Below, in pieces: positions 43,988 through 54,037 of a stretch of 64,000 bases of DNA. The first letter of the stretch is position 1, and the number at the start of each line of letters is the position of its first letter. The DNA is from Rebecca billardiae RCC1528 (lineage: Eukaryota; Protista; Haptophyta): positions 744,001 through 808,000 of the forward strand of contig OZ251231.1 of NCBI GenBank assembly GCA_965240325.2, written 5' to 3'. A program made the position numbers and the translations under genes. The notes under the pieces are model-generated. The model had not been told where the DNA came from. It was given only the letters and a program-made list of their open reading frames with translations, and ran no database searches.

Positions 43988-45634
43988 CTAGTAGTATGTA
44001 CGCGCTGCTGTGCCGCCGCAGCCAACCTGTGCATCGACCCCGGCCCTCCTCGCCATCACCACGGGTACGACCTGTGGCCGTGGCTGCTGGAGTCGTGCTC
44101 CCGCCGCCATCGTAATCGAGGATGATGGTAGTGCTGGCGCAGCGGTAGTGTTGATGCCTGCTGGTAGTCCCTGGTCGTAGCTGCCACTCATGCCAGGGGC
44201 AGCCCAGATGGCAGCATCATCGGCATTGCCACGCTGATGCCGCTCGTCCAGGGCCCAGGCACCATCATCGACCACCCCGTCGTCAACCGAATGGATCTTG
44301 CCATCTGGCGAGCGCCAGCGGACGATGCTGACTTCCACCAGCGGCGGCGGTGAGGAAAGCTGCGGCGTAGCGTCCGATAAAGCGGCAATGCGGCTCGCGT
44401 GCGTGTGCTGTCGCTTCGCAGCACGCGTCCCCTGGTCGCCAGTGCCATGCTCTAGCCTGCGCTTGGGGACGGCGAGCCGGCTGTTAACCATGCCGGCCAG
44501 CTTGTGCTCAGCGCACCGGCTGGCGCGCGCGTCGCCCGGCATGCAGAACGAAGGCTGCTTGGTGCAGCCGGCGTGATCACACTTGGGGTGCGTCACGTCG
44601 ACCATGCCGGCCAGCTTGTGCTCAGCGCACCGGCTGGCGCGCGCGTCGCCCGGCATGCCGAAGTGAGGCATCTTGGTGCAGCCGACGTGATCACACTTGC
44701 GGCGGCTCTTCACGTCGACCATGCCGGCCAGCTTGTGCGCAGCGCACCGGCTGGCACGCGCATCGCCCGGCATGCCGAAGCAAGGCCGCGTGGTGCAGCT
44801 GGCGTGATCACACTTGGGGTTCTTCACGTCGACCATGCCGGCCAGCTTGTGCGCAGCGCACCGGCTGACGCACGCGTCGCCCGGCATGCCAAACGAAGGC
44901 ATCTTGGTGCAGCCGGCGTGATCACACTTGCGGCTCACCACGTCGACCATGCCGGCCAGCTTGTGCTCAGCGCACCGGCTGGCGCGCGCGTCGCCCGGCA
45001 TGCCGAACGAAGGCCGCTTGGTGCAGCCGACGTGATAACACTTGGGGTTCTTCACGTCGACCATGCCGGCCAGCTTGTGCTCAGCGCACCGGCTGGCGCG
45101 CGCGTCGCCCGGCATGCCGAAGTGAGGCATCTTGGTGCAGCCGACGTCATCACACTTGGGGCTCTTCACGTCGACCATGCCGGCCAGCTTGTGCGCAGCG
45201 CACCGGCTGGCGCACGCGTCGCCCGGCATGCCGAAGTAAGGCTGCGTGGTGCAGCCGGTGTGATCGCACTTGCGGCTCACCAAATCGACCATGCCGGCCA
45301 GCTTGTGCGCAGCGCACCGGCTGGCGCGCGCGTCGCCCGGCATGCCGAACGAAGGCCGCTTGGTGCAGCCAGCGTCATCACACTTGGGGCGCTTCACGTC
45401 GACCATGCCAGCCAGCTTGTGCGCAGCGCACCGGCTGGCGCGCGCGTCGCCCGGCATGCCAAGGTGAGGCATCTTGGTGCAGCCGACGTGATCACACTTG
45501 GGGTGCTTCACGTCGACCATGCCGGCCAGCTTGTGCGCAGCGCACCGGCTGGCGCGCGCGTCGCCCGGCATTCCGAACGAAGGCATCTTGGTGCAGCCAG
45601 CGTCATCACACTTGGGGCGCTTCACGTCGACCAT
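43988..45634 (-). CDS. EsV-1-7-type cysteine-rich repeat protein, 10 tandem 38-aa C-x4-C-x16-C-x2-H repeats; probably 5'-truncated
   Basis: MVDV...KC..xGCTKxPxFGMPGDARASRCAxHKLAG x10 (114-bp units, 44492-45634). A partial repeat lies upstream of the first ATG (to 45676), preceded by a stop. Confidence 0.82.
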   Translation of the reverse strand: MVDVKRPKCDDAGCTKMPSFGMPGDARASRCAAHKLAGMVDVKHPKCDHVGCTKMPHLGMPGDARASRCAAHKLAGMVDVKRPKCDDAGCTKRPSFGMPGDARASRCAAHKLAGMVDLVSRKCDHTGCTTQPYFGMPGDACASRCAAHKLAGMVDVKSPKCDDVGCTKMPHFGMPGDARASRCAEHKLAGMVDVKNPKCYHVGCTKRPSFGMPGDARASRCAEHKLAGMVDVVSRKCDHAGCTKMPSFGMPGDACVSRCAAHKLAGMVDVKNPKCDHASCTTRPCFGMPGDARASRCAAHKLAGMVDVKSRRKCDHVGCTKMPHFGMPGDARASRCAEHKLAGMVDVTHPKCDHAGCTKQPSFCMPGDARASRCAEHKLAGMVNSRLAVPKRRLEHGTGDQGTRAAKRQHTHASRIAALSDATPQLSSPPPLVEVSIVRWRSPDGKIHSVDDGVVDDGAWALDERHQRGNADDAAIWAAPGMSGSYDQGLPAGINTTAAPALPSSSITMAAGARLQQPRPQVVPVVMARRAGVDAQVGCGGTAARTYY

Positions 45635-45852
45635 GCCAGCCAGCTTGTGATCAGCGCACCGGCTGGCGCGCGCGTCGCTCGGCGGTGTAGGGCGTCACAG
45701 CTGTGAAGGCCGCGTTGCAGGCGTGGCCTCGGACGAGATTACGCGCCCCTTGCTGGTCACCTGCCTGCGCCCACCCCTTGCTGCGCCGGTCTGTTTTGTG
45801 GCGGTGTCTTTGTGCAGTTGTGGATGGCGTTCGTCAATCACGCCTTAGCAGC

Positions 45853-47865
45853 ATGGCGGCGGCGGGGAAGCCCGGGCATGGTGGTCTAACCTCTGGGAGG
45901 CTCACGCACAAGCATCTGTACGTGCTGTTCGCGGCCGTGAGCATCGTCACGGGGACGATGCTTCTCGTGGTGCACCACGATGCGGGGCCGTGCCACCGGC
46001 TCGCGTGCCTCAGGTGGCATGCGAGGTGGCGCGGGCAGGCGGTGCCGCTGGGGCGCAGCCGCGGCACCGCCCGCGCGCTCGCAGAGCAGAACGCCACGTT
46101 CGCGCGCGTCGAGCCCGCTGGCACGCTCTGGCGGGGCGCGCGCGCGCAGGACACAGCCTCGACGCCGGCGCCCGGCACGCCCGCGCTCGCCGACGCGACG
46201 CCGGCGCCCGGCGCACCCGCGCTCGCCGACGCGGCGGGCGCGCCCGCCGCGGGCTTTCCTATTTTGATGTTCTGCAACAACCGGCCGGCGCTGCTGAACG
46301 ACACGCTCACGTCGCTGCTGCGCGTGCGCGGCGTGCGGCGCGAGCGCATCGTCGCGTCGCAGGACGGCGCGAACGGCGCGGTCGCGGCGATGCTCGACGC
46401 GTGGGGCATCGAGCGCTGGCAGCACGAGCGCGTGGAGCTGAACGAGAAGGGCAAGCGCCGCGAGGGCGCCGAGCTGATCGCGGACCACTACAAGTGGGCG
46501 ATCGACCGAGCGTTCGCGCACTTCGGGCGGTCGGCCGCGCATCTCGTGATCGCCGAGGACGACATGCTCTTCGCGCCCGACTTCATGGAGTACTTTGTCA
46601 CGCTCGCGCCGCTCCTCGAGCGCGACCCGACGCTGTGGACGATCTCCGCGTTCAACGACAACGGCTTCGCCGGGCGCGTGTGGGACCCAACGCGCGTGGT
46701 GCGCACCGAGTGGACGGTGGGCTTCGGCTGGCTGCTCCGCCGGCGGCTGTGGGAGGACGAGCTGCGCGACAAGTGGCCGAAGACGCACTGGGACCACTGG
46801 ATGCGCGACAACAAGCGGCGCAAGGGGCGCGAGACGCTCTTCCCGGAAGTGTCCCGCGACTACCACACGGGCGCGCGCGGCACGCATTCCGAGCCCGGGC
46901 TGTTCGAGCGCTACTTCCGCAACATCGTGCTCTCAAACGCCAGCGCGCCGCTGCTGATGGGCGGCGAGCTCGACGCGCTCACTGCCGACCGGTACGAGAC
47001 GGAGCTGGATGCGCTGCTCGCGCGTGCGCGCCCCGTGCGCGAGCTCGACGAGCTCGCCGTGTTGCCGACCGTCGCGCCCGGCGCAAGCGCGGCGGACCCT
47101 GCTCGGCAGGCGCTCGCGCTGTACTACGCGGCGCGCGACGAGAAGGACAAGGTGTGGGAGCGGGTGGCGACGTGGCTCGGGCTGTGGCACACCATCCCCG
47201 CGCGCGGCATCCACAAGGGCCTCGTGCGCACGGGCCACCGCGGGCACGCGCTCCTCCTCATCGCGAGCTGGTCTCCGTACGCCGCGCGGCACAAGCCGGC
47301 GGACGTGCAGCCGATCGCGGCGGAGGCGTTCGTGAACAAGGGCGGGCTCGCCAGGCTCACGCCGGGCTGGATGGCTCGCGCGGGCGCGGAGCTCGCGGGC
47401 GCGTCCACCGGTGTGCTCCGCAGGCCGCACGCGCCGCCCGAGCGCCCGCTGCCCCTGGACGAGGCCACGCTCGCCGCCCGGCGCGCGTCGACGGCCGTGC
47501 CCGAGGGCGTGGGCACCCGGCTCCGAGCTGCGCGCTTCGAGTCGTGCGACCAGGCGTGCGCGCGCCGTATGCAGCGCTGCGGCTCGCCGGCGGCCCTCGC
47601 CGCGCTCAACACGTGCGAGCAGCTCCGAGCCGAGTTTGGCTGCGAGGGCGGCTGCCACGCCAGCTCGGGAGCTGACCAGCCGGCATACGTCGCGCTCGAC
47701 GCGCCCATGCACTTCCAGCCGGGAGCCTGCCTCGCCAACACCGTGGGCAACGCCTCCTCCTTCTCGTGCGGAGGGTTCCACGCCCACACGTTCCGCCTGT
47801 GCGCGTGCGCTGCTGCCCGACGACACGGGCAGCCTGGGTCCGATGCAGGCGTTACACCAGGGTAA
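45853..47865 (+). CDS. GT13 / GnT-I (MGAT1/POMGNT1)-like N-acetylglucosaminyltransferase with Cys-rich C-terminal domain
   Basis: Type II TM helix. Motifs ILMFCNNRP, ASQDG, IADHYKWA, IAEDDMLFAPDFMEYF, ISAFNDNG, WDHWMR and FPEVSR. Confidence 0.88.
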   Translation: MAAAGKPGHGGLTSGRLTHKHLYVLFAAVSIVTGTMLLVVHHDAGPCHRLACLRWHARWRGQAVPLGRSRGTARALAEQNATFARVEPAGTLWRGARAQDTASTPAPGTPALADATPAPGAPALADAAGAPAAGFPILMFCNNRPALLNDTLTSLLRVRGVRRERIVASQDGANGAVAAMLDAWGIERWQHERVELNEKGKRREGAELIADHYKWAIDRAFAHFGRSAAHLVIAEDDMLFAPDFMEYFVTLAPLLERDPTLWTISAFNDNGFAGRVWDPTRVVRTEWTVGFGWLLRRRLWEDELRDKWPKTHWDHWMRDNKRRKGRETLFPEVSRDYHTGARGTHSEPGLFERYFRNIVLSNASAPLLMGGELDALTADRYETELDALLARARPVRELDELAVLPTVAPGASAADPARQALALYYAARDEKDKVWERVATWLGLWHTIPARGIHKGLVRTGHRGHALLLIASWSPYAARHKPADVQPIAAEAFVNKGGLARLTPGWMARAGAELAGASTGVLRRPHAPPERPLPLDEATLAARRASTAVPEGVGTRLRAARFESCDQACARRMQRCGSPAALAALNTCEQLRAEFGCEGGCHASSGADQPAYVALDAPMHFQPGACLANTVGNASSFSCGGFHAHTFRLCACAAARRHGQPGSDAGVTPG

Positions 47866-48004
47866 TAGTAGTAGACTCCCCTGGGCGTATCATAGTTACG
47901 GCGGTACGAATTCGTATCGTCGACAAAGTGAGTATTCATGATACCCCCATATTCGCGGGTGGTGATTACGTAGTAGTGGTTGTATAACCGCTCGGTTATG
48001 CGGG

Positions 48005-49370
48005 TATAACTCACCGGTAGCCCTCATGAGGGCGGGCTGGCAGCCCGGGTCCGGCTGCCCGAAGGTTTTCCGGTCGTCAAGCCGAGCCAGGCCCGGACAG
48101 GGGGTGGGCGCGGATCCGCGCAGTAGCTTGGCAAGCGATGCGCCTCTCTGCGCGCGCTCGCTGGCTGCATCCGCGGCTCGGCGGCCGGCGTGGCTGCTGG
48201 GTCACCGCGGCGCTGGTGGCTGCCCCTCCTCTGGGAGTTGTTTCTTCCAGGTGCGTGTGCGTCGGCGGTAGGCCGCCCTCAGCCCTCGCTCTCTCCACTC
48301 GTGCACCTGCCCTGCTTGCTGCCAACGCGCGATCGGGCTGTCTGTCGCTTCTGCTCGCTGCGAGGGCACCTCGGACCTGACCCTCCGGGTGCTCTCTGCT
48401 TTCGATGGGGGCGCCTCGGAACCGCTTCGAGGCGTCCCCGTCTGCAATCGTCCCATGCTCTGCTTTCGATGGGGGCGCCTCGGAACCGCTTCGGGGCGTC
48501 CCCGTCTGCAATCTTCTCATGCTCTGCTTTCGATGGGGGCGCCTCGGAACCGCTTCGGGGCGTCCCCGTCTGCAATCTTCTCATGCTCTGCTTTCGATGG
48601 GGGCGCCTCGGAACCGCTTCGAGGCGTCCCCGTCTGCAATCTCCGCATGCTCTGCTTTCGATGGGGGCGCCTCGGAACCGCTCCCAGGCGTCCCCGTCTG
48701 CAATCTTCTCACGCTTCGCAGTCTCGCTTGCCTTCATCGCCTGGCGGGTGGGTGCTGCTCTCTCCTTCTCTGCCGCCTCCTCTGCAGTCTGCAGTGCACT
48801 GCTGTGTGTGGGGATGCGACCTGCTACCTTATCTGACGCTACGCGTGCGCGTGCGTGTCTCGCGCCTGCTTCCCGCCTGCGTCGCCGCCGCCGCGCATGT
48901 CTTTGTGCCTACTCGTCGCACTTACCGTCGGGTTCGTCCTCACACAATCCTGCGGGGAGCCCCTCTGGGCCTCGGCCGCCTTCGGTCCTCGCGCTACCCC
49001 TTCGGCGGCCTCGGCCTCTTCGGGCCCCCGGCCACCACCCCTACTGGGTGTGGCATTCCACACCTCCTTCTGGGTGGAGGCCCTCGAGGCCTCTGCCCCC
49101 TGCGGCGCCGCGCTCGGCCCAAACTTGCGTTGGGGGAGGGCGTCGGCTGCCAGCGCCTGCGGTCTATCTACGTGCTCCATCGAGTACTTCCTCTTCGGCG
49201 TCTAGGCGGTCGGCTTCTGTCGGCGTAGTTGCTCGAATGCATCGGCGAGTCCTTTCTGGTCGGCGTCGCATCCTGGACGGCTTCGGGGGTGTGACCTAGT
49301 CACCTCACGCGTTTATCAACGCGGCCCCCACCTCAATCTACTCTCATGTGGGTCTACCGAGTGAGTTATA
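48005..49370. mobile_element. ~1.37 kb TIR element with TATA/TA ends
   Basis: TATAACTCACCGGTAGCCCTCATGAG (48005-48030) versus the reverse complement TATAACTCACTCGGTAGACCCACATGAG (49343-49370). Confidence 0.7.
48394..48712 (+). repeat. Tandem array of five 64-bp units, each forming a ~17-bp hairpin
   Basis: TTCGAT recurs at 48401, 48465, 48529, 48593 and 48657. Stem GATGGGGGCGCCTCGGA / TTCGAGGCGTCCCCGTC. Confidence 0.9.
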
Positions 49371-49416
49371 TCATACTTGTCATACTTACGCCGCCCTTGC
49401 TTCGGGGCGTATCAGC

Positions 49417-51054
49417 ATGGCAGGCCTCAGCTCGAGTCGGCGCGATGTGAACATCGTCATCGCCGCGTCTATGGTGACGATGGTGACCGTAGGCGTCTCG
49501 GCGGGCACAGCGCCCACCAACAGGTCGTCGATCGAGGCGGACGGCATCTTGACCACCTTCATCGACGACCGCCCTCAGCTCGACTTCACTCTCCCGAATC
49601 ACGAGTATCGCAGGCTTGAGGGCAGTTCCGACGGCTCCCGGCTGCTCGGCGCGTGTGTTGCGGGCGAGCTGCGCTCGCACGTGCACCCCTACGTGCAGCG
49701 CAATTGGGACGCCTTCTTCGTGCAGAGCTCACGCGCAGATCTCTTCGTGCATGGCTCACCCGAGGTGTCGAAGGGGCGGCACCGGGAGTGCTTAGCACAA
49801 CAAGGCCAGAAGAGCACTTGCATCAAGTCTGCACGAATGGCGACGCCCGAGCAGCTCGCGAGCATGGTGGCGTTCTGGCGTGGGCGTGGGCTCGTGCGCG
49901 CGCGAATACTTGCCGACAGAGATCTGCTCCCGCTCGCCCACTTGCCCGCTGCGGCGACGGTGACTCCCGGAGTGCATGCTGCCCTCCACTCACTCTCGGC
50001 CCAGGGGCAAGCGGCCATTTGCAAAAGCCGAGGCTCGAACATCGTGGAGATGACTCTGGCCATGCGCTGGCAGGGCTGTCTCGACGACATCGTCGCGGCC
50101 GAGGCCGGCCCGCGCGGCGGCGTGCTCTACACGTGGGTGATGCGGCTGCGGCCTGACTGGGAGTGGCACTGTGCGCTCACGCTGCCCAAACAGCCACCCG
50201 CCCGCTACCGGGAGTGGTTGTCAGACGCAGCGGCGGCAGCGACAGCGGGCTTCCCGTTCGTGCTCGCCGAGGAGGACTACATGTGGCTCGCTGTGCGCCC
50301 TGTGGGCGTGAAGGTGCTTCAGGCGCCACTCGCATACGCCATGGGCAATAGCGCTTTGCGCAAGGAGCTCATGGGCACACCCGCGACGTCCAAGAACGTA
50401 GCACGGCAAATGAGCGGCAAGCGGTGGCAATTCAAATCTGCAGGCGTTCGGTGTCCGGACTCGTGCAACGGGCGGAGCGATTGCCATGACGCGGCGGTGG
50501 TGGCGCTCGGCGCTCTCAGCGTGCGGCTGCATTGCACGAGCACATCTGAGTGCTGGCGCGGCGACTCCGCAGCGTTGGGACACATCTTGCGCTACTCGCG
50601 TGAGCCAGCGCGCCAGGACGCCAATGCAAGCCGAGCTGCGCAGCGCCGAGCTGACAAGCCGGGCATGGAGTGCTGGCGCGAGCTCAAAGGCGACTGTCAT
50701 CCTACTCCGAGCGCGCGGTCGGTGCGCGAGAGGCGCTGCATCAACCAGAAGGACTCGCTGTTTGGCCCGATCATGCGCAGCGATGACGAGCTGCGAGGTG
50801 ATGAGAACGATGATGCCAATGGCAATGATGCCGTGGTCGATGAACTCGCGCGAGCGCAGCAGGTGTATCGCAACTTGAGCCGCGCGATTTGCGTGATGGC
50901 CTCGGGCTACTGCCGCCTTGAGAACGAGACCAGGGCAGTCGACGACGACGCAGCCTCGGAGCTCGTGTCTCGTGACACGGACACCTCGATGAGCCGCGCA
51001 GGCACGAATACGACGACTAATCAGAGTACTCAGACGTCTCAGAGTCGGGCGTAA
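49417..51054 (+). CDS. Type II membrane protein, putative glycosyltransferase-like
   Basis: N-terminal hydrophobic helix and motifs ACVAGELRS, ADLFVH and YTWVMRLRPD, a pattern recalled from uncharacterised GT-like proteins. Confidence 0.6.
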   Translation: MAGLSSSRRDVNIVIAASMVTMVTVGVSAGTAPTNRSSIEADGILTTFIDDRPQLDFTLPNHEYRRLEGSSDGSRLLGACVAGELRSHVHPYVQRNWDAFFVQSSRADLFVHGSPEVSKGRHRECLAQQGQKSTCIKSARMATPEQLASMVAFWRGRGLVRARILADRDLLPLAHLPAAATVTPGVHAALHSLSAQGQAAICKSRGSNIVEMTLAMRWQGCLDDIVAAEAGPRGGVLYTWVMRLRPDWEWHCALTLPKQPPARYREWLSDAAAAATAGFPFVLAEEDYMWLAVRPVGVKVLQAPLAYAMGNSALRKELMGTPATSKNVARQMSGKRWQFKSAGVRCPDSCNGRSDCHDAAVVALGALSVRLHCTSTSECWRGDSAALGHILRYSREPARQDANASRAAQRRADKPGMECWRELKGDCHPTPSARSVRERRCINQKDSLFGPIMRSDDELRGDENDDANGNDAVVDELARAQQVYRNLSRAICVMASGYCRLENETRAVDDDAASELVSRDTDTSMSRAGTNTTTNQSTQTSQSRA

Positions 51055-51597
51055 CTGTCATCAATGCTGTCTGTACTCAAGTAGCCTCAACACATAAATA
51101 ATGCTGTCTTATTATTAGCGGAACGAAATACGAATAGCGGAGTCATAAGTAGATGACGCGGGTCGCTTTATGTTTTCATCGATGAGATATCTATATATCT
51201 ATATATCGTTAATATAATATAGATATAATATCTAGATATAGTCTACGTATTATTCGGTACTGGCGGCCAGCGCACGGATTCGAACGGTGCTGTGCTGATG
51301 ACGGTGTCAGCAATTGCCCGGCAGCAGGGGAGGGAGGGCACTGGGTGAATCAACACCCAGGGGCGAGCTGCCCGTCCTCTGGCGTCGTGTGAGACTCGAG
51401 TCGCCCGAGTCCGGTCCGCGTCGACCGAGACGGCGACCGCCGCAGTCGCGCGATCCGGCGGTAACTACTTGCTTGTAGCGCAGGCCTTGCCACCGTGAAG
51501 AAACTGAACGACAGGCGAGCTGCGACGACAAGCAGTGCGCACCTTACAGAGTACAGGCATGTCCAAATGCCTAACGCAGACGGTGCTGCAGCTTCAA

Positions 51598-51957
51598 TCA
51601 AGAACGCTTGCGAATGGCCTCGTTGTATCGCTTCGTGACCTCCTTGTAGTGAGGCGAGCTGACGCGGTACCCAAACCCTTTGCTATTCACCGTGGGCACG
51701 CGATCGCCGACGTTCCGGTCGAAGTGCAAGTCGCCACTCAGCTTCACAAACTGGTTGGCCGGGTCGGCAATTGCTCTCGAGAACTCGCCTTCCCTGTGCG
51801 GGTGGCTGGGGAGGGCGGACTCGAAGGGCTGATCAGCACCCCAGCCAATGTCACCAGCATGCTGCCCTTTCCGCCCCTTGTCGCGCGGGTTGAGCTCAGG
51901 GGGAACGAAGGAGGATGCCACGATTGGCTCGTCCACCGAGGGCGGCTTGCCCGCCAT
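51598..51957 (-). CDS. Small hypothetical protein (119 aa)
   Basis: ATG-initiated ORF with protein-like composition, positioned head-to-head with the WD40 gene. Confidence 0.55.
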   Translation of the reverse strand: MAGKPPSVDEPIVASSFVPPELNPRDKGRKGQHAGDIGWGADQPFESALPSHPHREGEFSRAIADPANQFVKLSGDLHFDRNVGDRVPTVNSKGFGYRVSSPHYKEVTKRYNEAIRKRS

Positions 51958-52102
51958 GCTTTGTCGCGTAACGTTTTGAGTTGGTGAGTTTCCTGCTCGC
52001 GTTGGAAGTCCAGGGCATTTTCATTTGCTCACTCAGTTCTTTTGGGCTTGGCCTTCGACGGGACGAAATACATCGCTGCACGATGGGTCGACGAGCGTGA
52101 CG

Positions 52103-54037
52103 ATGGCGGAGCTGGACGACGGGCATTGCGAGGATGAGCGCTTCAAGACACCGACAGGCGAGAAGCTGTGCACGGCGCCTGCGGCAGAGGAGGCGCGTGA
52201 GAGTGTGAGCCCTCCGCCCGCGCGCATGGAGCCGGGTCTGACCATTGTGGCTGATTACGCGCCGGCGCCGCAGCGGAATGGATCGCCGACAGGCACTGCC
52301 GCGCTGCTCTCGCGCTGTTCGCCGCTGCTGTTCGCGGCGTTGGGTTGGGCTCTGCTCGGGGCCATGTCGTGTCTCGTAGCCTACATGAGCACGGTCGCCA
52401 ACCTGCGCGAGCGCGTGGACCTGCTCGAGATGCAGCTCGCACGCAGCGGCGCCGATGAGCAGTGCTCGCCGGCATTTGCCGGCCGCATCGGCGCGGTGCC
52501 TTCGACGGTCGACGAGGCGCTCGTGATCCGCGAGCACGCGAGCATGGTCACGGCACTCGCGCCGTGCGGCAGCCTCCTCCTCAGCGCCGCCGCCGACGGC
52601 CTGATCCACGCCTGGGCCTACTCTGCGACCGATGGCCCGAACTTCGAGTTTCGCGTGGCCGCTATTGACGAGAGTGCGCTGTCGCTGCACGGGCAGGCGG
52701 ACAGCCGCGGGCGTTGCGCGTCGGTGGTGGCGGGGACGGCGAGCGGGGTGGTGCACAGGTGGGCCCTCGACGAGGCCGCGCGCGGCGTCGCCCGCCACGC
52801 CGAGTGGTGGGCGCACAGCAGCGCGATCCACGCCGTGCTGGACGGCGTGCGGACGGCCGATTCGCCGCTGCCGCTCGTGGTGAGCGCCGGCCACGACCAC
52901 ACGATCTGCGTGTGGGCGCAGGGGAACGACCAGGAGTCGTTCCGGCTGCACAAGCGGCTGTTCGGGCACGATGGTGCCGTGCATGCGCTCGCCGCCACCG
53001 CCGACCTCCTCTTCTCCGCCTCCGCCGACTCGACCGTCCGCGCGTGGTCGCTGAGCAGCTTCCGGCACGCGGCGACGTTGCGGGCGCACGGCGCAGCCGC
53101 GACTGCGCTCGCTCTGCCGGCTGCGCAGGCGTGGCTGTACAGCGCGCACGCGGACGGGACGGTGCGGCAGTGGGCCGTGCCGCACGGCGAGGCGGCGCGC
53201 GCCCGCGAGCACCCGCCGACCGCGCACGCCCTCTCGCCCGCGGGCTCGCCGCCGCCGTCCGCGCTCGCTCTCGGCTCCGAGGCGCGGAGGGGTCAGCTGG
53301 GTGAGCGTGTGACAGCTCTGTGCACTCTCGAGCGGCTCGACGGGTGCGTGGTGGCGGCGACGGCGCAGGGCGGCGTGCACACGCTGTGCGAGGCGTACGG
53401 TGGCGCCGGCCTGGACGTGGTGCAGACCCACGCCGGCCACGCCGCGTACGCGGGCGCGCTCGCCGCCTTCGGGCCCGAAGCGGAGCTGTTCGCCTCGGGC
53501 TCTGATGATGGGACTGTGCGCGTGTGGCGCGCGGCTCGGCAGCCGGGCGCGCCGCGCGCGCAGCGCGCGCTCGGCGATGGCGGAGATGCGCACGCGGCGA
53601 AGCGTGCGGCGCGCTCGTCGTGGCGCACGTGGCGAGGGCGAGCGCAGACGCGCGGAGAGCGCTTCGCCACCGACGCGGCCGTCGAGGACACGCCGAGCGT
53701 CGGTGCAGCGCCGTCGCGCTGGTCACGCTGGGCGCGGTGGCGAGCATCTCCGCGCGTGCCCATCGCGCCGCCGCCACCGCCGCCACCGCCACCGCCACCA
53801 CCCCCGCTGCCACCGCCGCGTGGCTGGCGGAGGCGATTCGGGGCGTCAAGCCCGCCCGCGACACCGCGCGGAGCAGAGCGCATAGCCACCGCCGCGCTCG
53901 TCTCGCCCCCCGCTTCACTCGAGGACCGGCGGGCGGTGCGTGCTGCCCGTCGGCGCGGCTCCGAGCGCGAGCACCGCTCTGTCCAAATCTACTTTGATGA
54001 CGCCGATCTGTATCGCAGCGGCGGCGCCGGCGTGTGA
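52103..54037 (+). CDS. WD40-repeat protein with N-terminal TM/coiled-coil and poly-Pro tail
   Basis: GHDGAVHALA...LFSASADSTVRAW, SAGHDHTICVW and FASGSDDGTVRVW. Confidence 0.85.
   Translation: MAELDDGHCEDERFKTPTGEKLCTAPAAEEARESVSPPPARMEPGLTIVADYAPAPQRNGSPTGTAALLSRCSPLLFAALGWALLGAMSCLVAYMSTVANLRERVDLLEMQLARSGADEQCSPAFAGRIGAVPSTVDEALVIREHASMVTALAPCGSLLLSAAADGLIHAWAYSATDGPNFEFRVAAIDESALSLHGQADSRGRCASVVAGTASGVVHRWALDEAARGVARHAEWWAHSSAIHAVLDGVRTADSPLPLVVSAGHDHTICVWAQGNDQESFRLHKRLFGHDGAVHALAATADLLFSASADSTVRAWSLSSFRHAATLRAHGAAATALALPAAQAWLYSAHADGTVRQWAVPHGEAARAREHPPTAHALSPAGSPPPSALALGSEARRGQLGERVTALCTLERLDGCVVAATAQGGVHTLCEAYGGAGLDVVQTHAGHAAYAGALAAFGPEAELFASGSDDGTVRVWRAARQPGAPRAQRALGDGGDAHAAKRAARSSWRTWRGRAQTRGERFATDAAVEDTPSVGAAPSRWSRWARWRASPRVPIAPPPPPPPPPPPPPLPPPRGWRRRFGASSPPATPRGAERIATAALVSPPASLEDRRAVRAARRRGSEREHRSVQIYFDDADLYRSGGAGV

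Larger units (their letters stand above)
34448..45847. mobile_element. Possible 11.4 kb element bounded by ~75-bp inverted repeats
   Basis: 34448-34518 (TAAGGCGTGATTGACGCCATCC...AAAGACACCGCCACAAAACAGACCGGCGCAGC) matches the reverse complement of ~45780-45847 with small indels. Confidence 0.45.

Noticed and set aside
26306-45852. Endogenous giant virus or Polinton insertion
   Set aside because: No capsid, packaging ATPase, polymerase or integrase was recognised. EsV-1-7 repeats and a helicase fragment alone are insufficient.
48394-48712. CRISPR array
   Set aside because: The linkers are ~10 nt and near-identical rather than unique spacers, no cas genes are present and the context is eukaryotic.
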